The notes under the pieces were generated by a model. That model saw only the letters and a program-made list of their open reading frames with translations. It was not told where the DNA came from and did no database searches. From NCBI GenBank assembly GCA_964016885.1, contig OZ024764.1, forward strand, positions 17,980,001 to 18,044,000: 64,000 nucleotides of DNA, written 5' to 3'. The stretch comes from Eledone cirrhosa. Its lineage: Eukaryota. Of this stretch, positions 29,958 through 42,078 are shown piece by piece (within the stretch, counting starts at the first letter, position 1; each line of letters starts with the position of its first letter). Both the position numbers and the translations under genes were made by a program.

Positions 29958-31272
29958 CGTATACATCCCATAGGATCACCTAATCCCTCATCAAAGTGAG
30001 ATTAGCGAATGATAGAACGAATTTAGCCCGTATACTTCCCATGGGATCTCTCATGGCCAGCTAAACGTTTGTAAATACCTGGTTATAGGGCAAAAGTAAA
30101 GGCTCTAGGGGATATACGTCCCATAGGATTTCCTATGGTATGGCCAGATAAATCCTTGTCAATGCCAGGTTAGAGGGGAAAAGTAGTTTTCGGTCGTATA
30201 CATCTTTTAGGATCTTTGAAGACCTAGATGATTACAAATTGACCCTAAAAAAGAGAAATAATATTAAGAAAGGCATAAACTACACATCTTTTTGAAATTT
30301 AATCTAATTTATATTATTTTATTTTATTCTAAATTAATTTAATTTAATTTTGAATGTACGTTTATAATTATTAATTTTCATAGATTTTTGTAGCCGTCTT
30401 GGTAGTCTGGTGGGAAATCTTAGAGGTAGTGGAGCTCCTGCTCTAGGGTTCAATCCTGGATGTGAGATTTATGTAAAATTTCCATATAATCTTCTTCAAT
30501 TTTACTTTTACATCTCTTTGAAAAAAATTGAAAAATGTTACTGAAAATCCAAAAGTGTATTAATTTTATTTTATTTAGTTTCTAGTCTCGCCTTTATTTC
30601 CCCAACTTCCTTCTGCCGTCTGTTCAAGTATTGAACCAAGGTATTTGAACTTCTCCACTTGTTCCAGCCTCACACCTTGGCACCCTATGTTCGTTTCTAC
30701 CTTCTGTCAAGTTGTTGCCATTACTTTTGTCTTTTTGATGTTGATATCCAGACTATATTCCCTTGACATTCTATAAACTTTATCCAGCAGTGTTTGTAGA
30801 TTTGCTGGTGAGTTTGCTATGAGCAAACTCTGTAGTCAACATACCGCAGGTTGTTGATCTCATTCCCACCAACAGTAACCCCAATCCAGGAGAGAATATC
30901 TACTAACTTTCTCATCACCTGCTCAGAGTAAAGATTGCAAGCCAAATGCGACACCAGGCATCCCTGTTGAATTCCTCTGTTTACAGAGAACCATTCTGTA
31001 AGCTCTTTCTCTACTTTCACTGCAGTTTGTGCACAGGAATTTGTTTGCGCTAGGATCTCCTACAACCAGCTAAACCCTGGTAAATGCCTGCCTAGAGGGT
31101 AAAAGAAGCAGTTTTAAAGCATATACTTTCTATAGGATCTTCTAAACCCTTGTCAATGTGAGGTAAGAGGGTGAAAGAAGCAGTTTCAGACCATATTCTT
31201 CACAAAGGATCTCCTACGCCCAGCTAAATTCTTGTTAATGCAAGGTTAGAGAGTGAAAGAAGCAGTTTTAGG
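29958..31272 (+). repeat. Second degenerate tandem repeat (~70-85-bp units), split by AT-rich DNA and a LINE fragment
   Basis: Recurrent TATAC.TCCCATAGGATC...CCAGCTAAA.CCTTGT.AATGC.AGGTTAGAGGG..AAAG(A)AGCAGTTTT units at ~29958-30215 and ~31050-31272. Confidence 0.7.
30585..31035 (-). mobile_element. Degenerate LINE reverse-transcriptase fragment (RTE-like)
   Basis: Translation LTEWFSVNRGIQQGCLVSHLACNLYSEQVMR...GGNEINNLRYVDY, then after a frameshift LDINIKKTKVM...LEQVEKFKYLGS: non-LTR RT motifs. Confidence 0.85.
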
Positions 31273-31308
31273 TTGTATATATATATATATATATATATAT
31301 AAAGAGTA

Positions 31309-31616
31309 TTGGCCTTGCAATCGAAAGGTTGTGAGTTCAATTCTCAGACCGGGTGATGTGTTGTTTCCTTCAGCAAGACACTTTATTTCACATTGCTCCA
31401 GTTTACTCAGCTGTAGAAATGAGATGATAGGGACTGGGGTCCCTATCATTCCACTGTAAAGTGGTCGTGGAGGTGCCACGGCAACAAAGCACCCAGCACT
31501 CACTGTAAATGAGGTTGGTGTTAGGAAGGGCATCCAGCTGTAGAAATCAAGCCAGAATCAGTTCCCGTCCCACCCTTGCAAGCAGGGAAAAGCGGACGTA
31601 AAATGATGATGATGAT
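31309..31616 (+). mobile_element. CORE-type tRNA-derived SINE (family A), 5'-truncated
   Basis: B box GAGTTCAATTC; MIR/CORE-like GTTTCCTT(C/G)AGCAAGACACTTTATTTCACATTGCTCCAGTTTACTCAGCTGTAGAAATGAG; RTE-like tail ...AAGCGGACGTAAAA(TGA)n. Confidence 0.85.
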
Positions 31617-32010
31617 ATACAAATATTTATATATAGGTGGGTGTATAAATAAACTTCTGACCCCAAAAAAAAGAAAAGACAAAAAAGAAAAAAAAAGTCA
31701 AAACAAATTTTAAAAAACTTGGAGTCAAGAGAGACCCTTTTATTTACTGAAACATCTCTGGTGTAACAACTTTCCATATGGGAAGAAAGACCAAAAACAA
31801 TATACAGAAAAAGAAACTATAGAATTTTGTAGAGAATGGCATATGTGGATTGTAAGGGCAGGAAAGAGGGCTTGGGGAGGGTGTAGTCGTTCTTTAAACA
31901 GTTTGTACCCATACTTCCAACAAAATACTCTATTTGGAATCTAGGCATCCATAGAAGATTTGTAAGGGGGGGCGCGGTGTTGGTATACAAAGTTTCAGTG
32001 TTTTGGGGGC

Positions 32011-32049
<39 letters not shown>

Positions 32050-32051
<2 letters not shown>

Positions 32052-32535
32052 GCCCATCAGTATATTACTGGTACTTCATTGACCCTGTAAGGATGAAAGT
32101 CAAAGCTAACCTCAGCAGAATTTGAACTTAGAAGATAAAGGGTCATAACTCCATGCTGCAAAGCACATTGTCTGACGCTCTACCGATTCTACTGTCAATA
32201 ATAATAATGGTTTCTGATTTAGGCACAAGGACAGCAATTTTGTTTGGGGGGTTACTGGTCCTGGTCCTTTATTTTATCAACCCCATTAGGATAAAAGGCA
32301 AAGCTAACTTCGGCCAAGATTTGAACTCAAAGTGTAAAGGGCCGTAACTCTGTGCCGCAAAGAAGAGTGTCCGACGCTCTACCAATCACTGCCAATCTAC
32401 CGCCATTGATGGATTGGCAGAATCTGTAGAGCGTCAGGCGAAATATTTTGTGGTATTTAAGTTTCAGTTCTTTACATTCGGGGTCCAAACCCTGCCGAGG
32501 TGAAACCCTGTCTTTCGTTCTTCTGAGGGTCAAAC
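32050..32535. mobile_element. Cluster of a second tRNA-derived SINE family (family B): two minus-strand copies and one plus-strand copy
   Basis: Repeated TACTGGTACTT..TT.ATC.ACCCC.TAAGGATGAAAGGCAAAGCTAACCTCGGC..GATTTGAACTCA (reverse B box), also seen at 37594-37770 and 53575-53790. Confidence 0.7.
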
Positions 32536-33362
32536 CCTTCAGCATTTAAACTGTCCATATCCGGCCAGAATTCTCTCACCTCCTTCTGTTCAAACCAGCC
32601 ATAACTGGCAGCTCATACTTATGTTAAAGTATTGTTCTCAAAATAAATTATATCAAAATCTCATAGATTCGATATTATGTGAGGTAAAGTGTTTACCGTG
32701 GAGATACAATAGCATATATAGAGTAATGTAGATGTTAAAGGGTTCAGGGAATTAAAGGTACCAGTAAAAAACTGGGGGATCAATACAAACAAATTTCCTT
32801 CCTTCTCACCACCATACAGGGTTCAATGAATGAAACAAGAAGTACCAGTAAAATACTGGGGAGGATTTGATATAACCAGCTCTCCCCTCCCTCACTGCTA
32901 CCCTCCAGGGTTCAATGACTGAAACCAAAGGTACCAGTAAGACATTGGGAGGATTTGATATAACCAACCTTCTTTCTGGACTTCCCATGGCTTATGGGGG
33001 GGGGAGAAGGGGAACAGTAACTGATGTGGTGGGGGGCATAAATGGATAAATTGACACCCCCCTCCAGTTTTCACTGGTATTTCAGTATATCAACACACCT
33101 CCACCACCTCACACTGGGAGGGAAGGAGAGAAGGGGGTGAATGACCGTCACCTATGATGGAGTGGTGAGGGGTAGGGAGAGGAAGAGAGACAGAGGGGGT
33201 GAGAGGGTGAGAGAGAAACAGTTGTTTCCTTTTAAATAAAAGTTTCAAATAAATTTAAATTATGTAAATTGTTTAAAGAAGACAGCAAAGAATTTCTTGT
33301 AAATAAACAATACATATATATATATATATGTGTGTGTATATATGTGTATCTTACTTTGTATG

Positions 33363-33403
<41 letters not shown>

Positions 33404-33777
33404 ATGTGTCCTTATAAGTATACCTATCAATTAATTTAATTTCTTGTTATAGATCTAGATTCCTTGTGGTTTAAATAAGATTAGTATTTCTCATTAATAC
33501 CCTTACCCTAAAATTTTATTTTCCTTCGTTTTTAACATTATTCTTTAATAACATCTAATTTTCGTGTACCCTTCACCAGCTTGACCTCTTTTCATCCCCA
33601 AAGTATTCTTTCCATTCAAAACATAAGTATGCACTCCTCTACCCCTAAATTAAATTTCTACTACCACTATTCTATCAACTTGACCTCTAACTACTTCTCT
33701 ATTGGTCAATTCAAAACCTGTTCCCAAACAGACCTTTTATATTAAATCTTTGTTGGTTTTTTTTCAATAAATAAATC

Positions 33778-33933
33778 TCATCATTTCTGAGGACGGCTTG
33801 TATATGTGAAGGTATGTATATTTCCTCTGATAGTTTGTAATATTTTTACATAGATCTATATGATATACATACCAACTATATGATATACATACCAACACAC
33901 ATATACATCCTAGAAACAATCGGAAAATGATGA
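33778..33933 (+). ncRNA. Degenerate type I hammerhead-like motif with long stem II (Penelope-type remnant)
   Basis: TCATCATTT-CTGAGGA-[TGTATATGTG...CACATATACA]-GAAAC...AAATGATGA; cleavage site reads GGA instead of GUH, probably inactive. Confidence 0.4.
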
Positions 33934-33987
33934 ACTTTTTAATATAAGGAACTTGTTCTTTGTTTTTATTCATTGTTTTTATTAATT

Positions 33988-34036
<49 letters not shown>

Positions 34037-34183
34037 GTGTGTATATATGTATATATATATATATATATATGTGTGTGTCTATATGTGCATCTTACTTTGT
34101 ATGTATATAAATATATATATACATACATTACATGTTAGGTGTATGAAACTGTTTACACTATATATATATATATATATATATAT

Positions 34184-34261
34184 ACAGGGTATCCCCCAAG
34201 AATATATAAACACTTTAATTAGAATGCTGTTGATGTGTGTATACATTTTTTGGGGAGACCC

Positions 34262-34263
<2 letters not shown>
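34184..34263. mobile_element. Short Tc1/mariner-type MITE
   Basis: Imperfect terminal inverted repeats CAGGGTATCCCCCAAGAATATATA / TGTATACATTTTTTGGGGAGACCCTG in a TA context. Confidence 0.55.
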
Positions 34264-34335
<72 letters not shown>

Positions 34336-34498
34336 TATATATACATATGTGTGCATGTGTGTATATATATATATAAGGAATTTGTAGTTTACTTAAAGCA
34401 TTGTATATGGTATAAAGAACTCAAAGTTGGAAAGCCGCGACATTGCAGGTCTTTCCGTCCAAACCTGGATTGTCGTGGCTTTCTAACTTCGAATTCTT

Positions 34499-34586
34499 TA
34501 TATATATATATAATATATATAATATATAATATATATATATATATAATATATAATATATATATATATAATATATAATATATATATAT

Positions 34587-34619
<33 letters not shown>

Positions 34620-34800
34620 ATATATATAAATATAATATATAATATATATAAATATATATATATAATATAATATAATATATATAATATAATATATATAATA
34701 TAATATATATAATATATATATATATAATATAATATATATAATATATATAATATATATATATATAATATAATATATATAATATATATATATAATATATAAT

Positions 34801-34843
<43 letters not shown>

Positions 34844-34861
34844 TATATAATATATATATAT

Positions 34862-34897
<36 letters not shown>

Positions 34898-34985
34898 ATA
34901 TATATAAATATAATATATAATATATATAAATATATATATATAATATATATATATATAATATATATATATAATATATATATATATA
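34499..34985. repeat. Long (AT)n / (ATA) microsatellite
   Basis: About 490 bp composed only of A and T. Confidence 0.97.
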
Positions 34986-35229
34986 AAAGAACAACAACAA
35001 CAAAACAAAGATTACCAGGTAACTTTTTGTTACCTCATCTTAAAGTCCATTTTGCATTGTTTAGCCATCTCTATCTCTCTCAATGTTATATATTATATAC
35101 AATGCTTCAAGTAAACTATAGAATTATATATATATATTATATATATATATATATGTATGTATGTGTCAGTAGTCCACTCTAGCCATCTGTGTATATATAT
35201 ATATACATGCATGTATGTATATATAAGCG

Positions 35230-35306
35230 TCAGTAGTCCACTCTAGCCATGGTCGTAGAGAACAACATCTTCATCTTCTTCTTCTTTGTCGAATGAGGCG
35301 TAGAAC
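35230..35306 (-). CDS. RNF10: RNF10 terminal coding exon
   Basis: TTTAG acceptor; [24 protein letters not shown], matching the RNF10 basic C-terminus KKQKLLFSTS. Confidence 0.88.
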
Positions 35307-37951
35307 CTAAAGATAGAAATATATATATATATATAAATAAACTTACTGGTGGTGTGGTGTGGTGGTGGGGTGTAGTGGCAGTGTGGTGTAGTGTAGTGTA
35401 GTGGTGTGGTGTAGTGTGGTGTAGTAGGTGTGGTGTGGTGGTGTGGTGTGGTGTAGTAGCAGTGTGGTGTGGTGTGGTGTGGTGTAGTAGCAGTGTGGTG
35501 TAGTGGTGTGGTGTGGTGTAGTAGCAGTGCGGTATAGTGGTGTGGTGTAGTGTAGTAGTGTGGTGTGGTAGCAGTGTGGTGTAGTAGAGGTGTGGTGTAG
35601 CGGTGTGGTGTGGTGTAGTAGCAGTGTGGTGTAGTGTAGTGGTGTGGTGTGGTGTGGTGTAGTGGTGTGGTGTAGTAGGTGTGGTGTGGTGTGGTGGTGT
35701 GGTGTAGTAGCAGTGTGGTGTGGTGTGGTGGTGTGGTGTAGTAGCAGTGTGGTGTAGTGGTGTGGTGTGGTGTAGTGCAGTGTAGTGGTGGTGTGGTGTG
35801 GTGGCAGTGTGGTGTAGTGTAGTGGTGTGGTGTGGTGTGGTGTAGTGGTGTGGTGTAGTAGGTGTGGTGTGGTGTGGTGGTGTGGTGTAGTAGCAGTGTG
35901 GTGTGGTGTGGTGGTGTGGTGTAGTAGCAGTGTGGTGTAGTGGTGTGGTGTGGTGTAGTGCAGTGTAGTGGTGGTGTGGTGTGGTGGCAGTGTGGTGTAG
36001 TGTAGTGGTGTGGTGTGGTGTAGTGGTGTGGTGTAGTAGGTGTGGTGTGGTGTGGTGGTGTGGTGTAGTAGCAGTGCGGTGTGGTGTGGTGTGGTGTGGT
36101 GTGGTGTAGTAGCAGTGTGGTGTAGTGGTGTGGTGTGGTGTAGTAGCAGTGCGGTATAGTGGTGTGGTGTAGTAGCAGTGTGGTGTAGTGTAGTAGTGTG
36201 GTGTGGTGTAGTGTAGTAGTGTGGTGTGGTAGCGGTGTGGTAGCAGTGTGGTGTAGCGGTGTGGTGTCGTGTAGTGGTGTGGTGTAGTAGCAGTGTGGTG
36301 TAGTAGAGGTGTGGTGTGGTGTAGTAGAGGTGTGGTGTAGTAGAAGTGTGGTGTAGTAGAGGTGTGGTGTAGCGGTGTGGTATAGTGGTGTGGTGTGGTG
36401 GTGTGGTAGCAGTGTGGTATAATGGTGTGGTGTAGTGGTGTAGTGGTGTGGTGTGGTGTAGTGTGGTGTGGTGTAGTAGCAGTGTGGTGTAGTGGTGTGG
36501 TGTAGTAGAGGTGTGGTGTGGTGGTGTGGTGTGGTGTAGTGTGGTGTGGTGTAGTGTGGTGTGGTGGTGTGTGGTGTGGTGTAGTGGTGTGGTGTGGTGT
36601 AGTAGAGGTGTGGTGTAGCGGTGTGGTGTGGTGTAGTGTTAGGAGTGGAACCTGGAGATAGAAATATCATCATCATCATCGTTTAACGTCCATCTTCCAC
36701 GCTTGCATGGGTTTGGACGGGAGTTTTCCCACTTGAGGCAAGAGTGGTTGTCTTGCTCGCATAGGACTGTCTGGCGGGTTTTCTACGGCTGGATGCCCTT
36801 CCTAACACCAACCACGTTTACAGTGTGGACTGGGAGGTTTTTTACCGTGTTGCCTACACGGCCACATTACAGCGTGTACTGTGTGTTTTTTTTGTCGTGA
36901 CACCTACACGACCTCATATATATATATCATTTCATTTTACGTCCGCTTTTTCCCTGCTTGCAAGGGTGGGACGGGAACTGATTCTGGCTTGATTTCTACA
37001 GCTGGATGCCCTTCCTAACACCAACCTCATTTACAGTGAGTGCTGGGTGCTTTTTTTGCCGTGGCACCTCCACGACCACTTTGCAGTGGAATGATAGGGA
37101 CCCCAGTCCCTATCATCTCATTTCTACAGCTGAGTAAACTGGAGCAACGTGAAATAAAGTGTCTTGCTCAAGGAAACAACACATCACCCGGTCTGAGAAT
37201 TGAACTCACAACCTTTCGATTGTAAGCCCAATGCTCTAACCACTAAGCCATGTGCCTCCATTATATATATAAATATATAACTGGATATATGAGAGGGGTG
37301 AATACAGATATAAGTATACAAGAAACCTATATCGGGCAAATAGCCCGATATAGGTTTGTTATTTTTATTGATTTATTACGTTAAATCGAGTCCAGCAAAC
37401 CATATTGTTTTAACCCTTTAATGTTCAAACCGGCTAAAACCAGCCAGAATTCTCTACCTCTTTCTGTTGAAACTGGCCACTCATACTGATGTTAAGATAT
37501 TGTTCTCAAAATAAATACTTTCAAAATCTCATAGTTTCGATATTATGTGAGGTCAACCCTTTACCATGAAAATATAATAGTATATATAAAATAATTGTTT
37601 CTACTTTTGGCACAAGGCCAATAATTACTGGTACTTTATTTTATCGACCCCGTAAGGATGAAAGGCAAAGTTAACCTCGGCGGGATTTGAACTCAGAATG
37701 GCAAGGGCCGTAACTCTATGCGTCAAAGCATGGCGTCCGACCCCCTACCGCTACTGCCAATCCACCGCATATAAAATAATGTGAATGCTAAAGGGTTAAA
37801 TTAGTATTTTTCAACCTAGCTAACTTGGACCACATGTATAGTTATATTTGTGTTAATCCTTCTCATATCTAATTATATTACACGACTCGAGAAGATTCCC
37901 TTCTTTCAGCTATTTAATTGTAAAAGACTACTTTGAGTTTTTAACTCAATC

Positions 37952-37988
<37 letters not shown>

Positions 37989-40900
37989 TTGTTATATATT
38001 ACTCACTACCATGACTGGATCTTAACCATCTACTATGTCAGGGTATGTCATGCATCATGTTATTTTATCTGATGAGGACGTACTGTTGAAGTTAGCTCAG
38101 TACCTCTGAAATATGTATAATAAAATATACTTGATCACAATGAAGTTCTATTTTTGTTAATATTTTGAATAAATATATATATATATATACTTAGTGGTGG
38201 TGTAGTGGTGTGGTGGCGTGGTAGCGGCGTGGTGGTGTGGTATAGAGTTTTATAGAATGTCATGGTATGGAGTAGTGTTGTGGTGGCAGTAAGGAGTGGT
38301 GTGGAGTAGTGTTGTGGTGGTAGTATGTAGTGGTATGGAGTAGTGTTGTGGTGGTAGTATGTAGTGGTATGGAGTAGTGTTGTGGTGGTAGTATGTAGTG
38401 GTATGGAGTAGTGTTGTGGTGGTAGTATGTAGTGGTATGGAGTAGTGTTGTGGTGGTAGTATGTAGTGGTATGGAGTAGTGTTGTGGTGGTAGTATGTAG
38501 TGGTATGGAGTAGTGTTGTGGTGGTAGTATGTAGTGGTATGGAGTAGTGTTGTGGTGGTAGTACCTGTGGTATGTCTGAGGGTATCCAATGCTGCACAAA
38601 AGGAGTTGTTGTAGTTAGGTACACTACCATCAGAGTCACTTATTTCACTGTCTGACCCATACTTGTGGCCGTGCCCTGCCCCGGGGCCACGCTGCGCTGG
38701 TGGTGCACCTGCTCCAGCTGGGCCACACACACTCACTTGGTTCCGGCGGAGTTTCCCACTCTTCAACTTCTGTAAAACATGAAAATATAAAAACATTAGT
38801 TACTGTGGTGGTGTAGTGTAGTGTAGTGTAGTGGTGGTGTGGTGTAGTGGTGGTGTGGTGGTGGTGTAGTGTAGTGTAGTGTAGTGGTGGTGTGGTGTAG
38901 TGGTGGTGGTGTAGTGTAGTGTAGTGGTGTGGTGTAGTGTAGTGGTGTGGTGTAGTGGTGGTGTGGTGGTGGTGGTGTGGTGTAGTGTAGTGGTGGTGTG
39001 GTGTAGTGGTGGTGGTGGTGTAGTGTATTGGTGTGGTGTAGTGGTGGTGTGGTGGTGGTGGTGTAGTGTAGTGGTGGTGTGGTGTAGTGGTGGTGTGGTG
39101 GTGGTGGTGTAGTGCAGTGTAGTGGTGGTGTAGTGTAGTGGTGGTGTGGTGTAGTGTAGTGGTGGTGGTGGTGTGGTGTAGTGGTGGTGTGGCGGTGGTG
39201 ACATAGTGGTGTAGTATGTAGTAATAGTTGTGTACTGGTGGTGGTGATGTGTTGTGGGATGAACACCAATGTCACACAGCTTACCTGGGCAAACGATGTC
39301 CGGTTTTCCTCGTTAACAGGTGGTAGTGGTGGTGGTAGTGGTGAGGTGTTTCCTGGAAACAACAAACAATAATAATAATAATACCATCATCATCATCATC
39401 ATCATCTTATATCAATTTTTCTATGGTTTAAAGTTAGCACCTCGCCTCATCTCCAGTTTTACCTGAAGATCTTGTGAACACATGTGAAACTCCGGAGTAA
39501 CATTCACCACAACCGTTTAGTATTTACATTACTCTATATTTACTATATTTATTGTCTGTGTGTATATCATGACTCATACACTCTTCACTTTCCTGACATT
39601 TGTACATTTTTCTATGTACCATACATGCACCTTTGATGAGTTGTAGTGCACCTGAGCACTGTACACAATTTTCATTATATTATATACTAGTGTATTTTCA
39701 CAGTAAAGTCCTTATCTCACATAATATTGAATCTATAAGATTATATATATATAACAACCAATCGAAAGGTTGTGAGTTCAATTCTCAGACCGGGTGATGT
39801 GTTGTTTCCTTGAGCAAGACACTTTATTTCACATTGCTCCAGTTTACTCAGCTGTAGAAATGAGATGATAGGACTGGGGTCCCTATCATTCCACTGCAAA
39901 GTGGTCGTGGAGGTGCCACGGCAAAAAAGCACCCAGCACTCACTGAAAATGAGGTTGGTGTTAGGAAGGGCATCCAGCTGTAGAAATCAAGCCAGAATCA
40001 GTTCCCATCCCACCCTTGCAAGCAGGGAAAAGCAGACGTAAAATGATGATGATGATGATGATATAACTGATGATGAGAACAAATCGTACGAAAGATCCTA
40101 ACTTGTGACCCACCTTTTTTCTTCTTCTTCAGCTTATTACCTTTACCTGAATACTCAGGTGTGGGGTCAGGTGACGGCAGGTCAAGGGTCACTGGTAGGT
40201 CAAAGGTGGGGTCACCGGTGACCAACTGGGGGAAGGATGTTTGAGGGTGTTGCTGCATGCTGTGTATCTCAGCTGCAGAACTCATCACAATTGTGACTGG
40301 GCCTGGAACATAGAGAAGGAAAGTTACTTCCACCACCTCATGAATACTTCAACACATACACTACATACTATACCACTACTGTACTACAATACATACACTA
40401 CATACTATACCTCCACCTCAATACTACAACATATACACTACATACTATACCACCACTTCAATATTACAACACATACACTACATACTATACCACCACTTCA
40501 ATATTACAACACATACACTACATACTATACCACCACTTCAATATTACAACACATACACTACATACTATACCACCACTTCAATATTACAACATATACACTA
40601 CATACTATACCACCACTTCAATATTACAACACATACACTACATACTATACCACCACTTCAATATTACAACACATACACCACCACTTCAATATTACAACAC
40701 ACACTACATCATATACACTACTACCGTACTACAACACATACACTACCTCACACGACCACTATACTATAACACATACACCATACCACTATACAACCCACAC
40801 ACCACCATACCACACCACACAAGCCACACACCACCACACCACTACACTACAACACACCACCACACTACTACACTACCACCACTATACTACACCACACACC

Positions 40901-41850
40901 ACTACACTACAACCCACACACCACCACACCACTACACTACATACCTGGTCTATATTTGCTGTTTTCCTCTTCAATCATCTTCAATCTTTGTTTCTCCTGC
41001 CTCACTTTTCTCTGACGACACCTAGCTCTATTCTTGATGATATCTGTAATATATTGGGGAAACTATGTACAATACATATACATACATATATACATACATG
41101 GTGGCTGCCACCTCGTTTTCGAGTACGGCCACTACTTTATATCCATGTAGGAGAACCCCTACCGATGCGCTGAACGAGTGTGACTTGTTAGTCCAGCCAG
41201 CGACTTGAAAACTCTGGTACAAACACAACACTTGTGACAACTATTGACACATAGTGCTGGGCCCATGGTACCATGTGACGACAAGTGCAGAGAGATCTCC
41301 AGATATAAAGCAATGCCTGTGCCGTGAAGCTTTTATAGTGAGCAAAGGCACTGCACAAAGCCAGTCCCACTCTCTTAACCAAGATGATATTTACCAAAAA
41401 GAAGAACAAGTCAAGATCATTGGATACCATCAGGGTTGCAGGTGTTATGTCAGAGTTTTCTCCTAGAATTCTGCCTTGATAAAGGCTAAGGGGTCATCTT
41501 TCCCGGTGATTTTGGATGGCCATTGACTCTTAAGAGCTCCTTTGCCCTTTGACAGGTTTTGTTTTTAGTCCTGCAGGATGTCCAAAGTCACCCTCCTCAC
41601 CAAGAAACCTTGGTGGGGTTGCCAGTTTAGTCGCCAACGACCCGACCATGGGACAGGTTGTACTGGAATACATGTTACCAGTAGCACCAAATGCTGACAT
41701 ACGGTTGTTCCGTATAACCATGTCCATTACGAGCTGAGGATCTGCTAAGGTGAAACAATTGGTGAACTAACTGTTGTGTAACCACTTCTACCTAACTCGT
41801 CCCATAGACTGAGCGCTCTACCACTACGGATATTACCTTCCAGTGTTCTA

Positions 41851-41904
<54 letters not shown>

Positions 41905-42041
41905 AGTTAATATGAAAAATATATGATCAACACTAATGTGTTTTTATTGCAAATTGACAATAATTTAGCCAGATAGAAATACCTTAATTCAGATACATAT
42001 AGTCTGCCTGTATCTGCCTGTATGAAAACTCTAAATTATAT

Positions 42042-42078
<37 letters not shown>

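Noticed and set aside
30393-30466. tRNA-like segment with GGTTCAATCC B box
   Set aside because: No convincing cloverleaf or acceptor stem; at most a decayed tRNA or SINE head
33960-35008. I/Y-rich ORFs (also 56226-56942 and 63010-63686)
   Set aside because: Translations of (AT)n and (GT)n microsatellites
38135-41173. His/Thr/Tyr-rich ORFs over the other CA-rich minisatellites
   Set aside because: Open in several frames because the strand lacks stops, and not bracketed by compatible splice sites; only the embedded RNF10 exons are accepted
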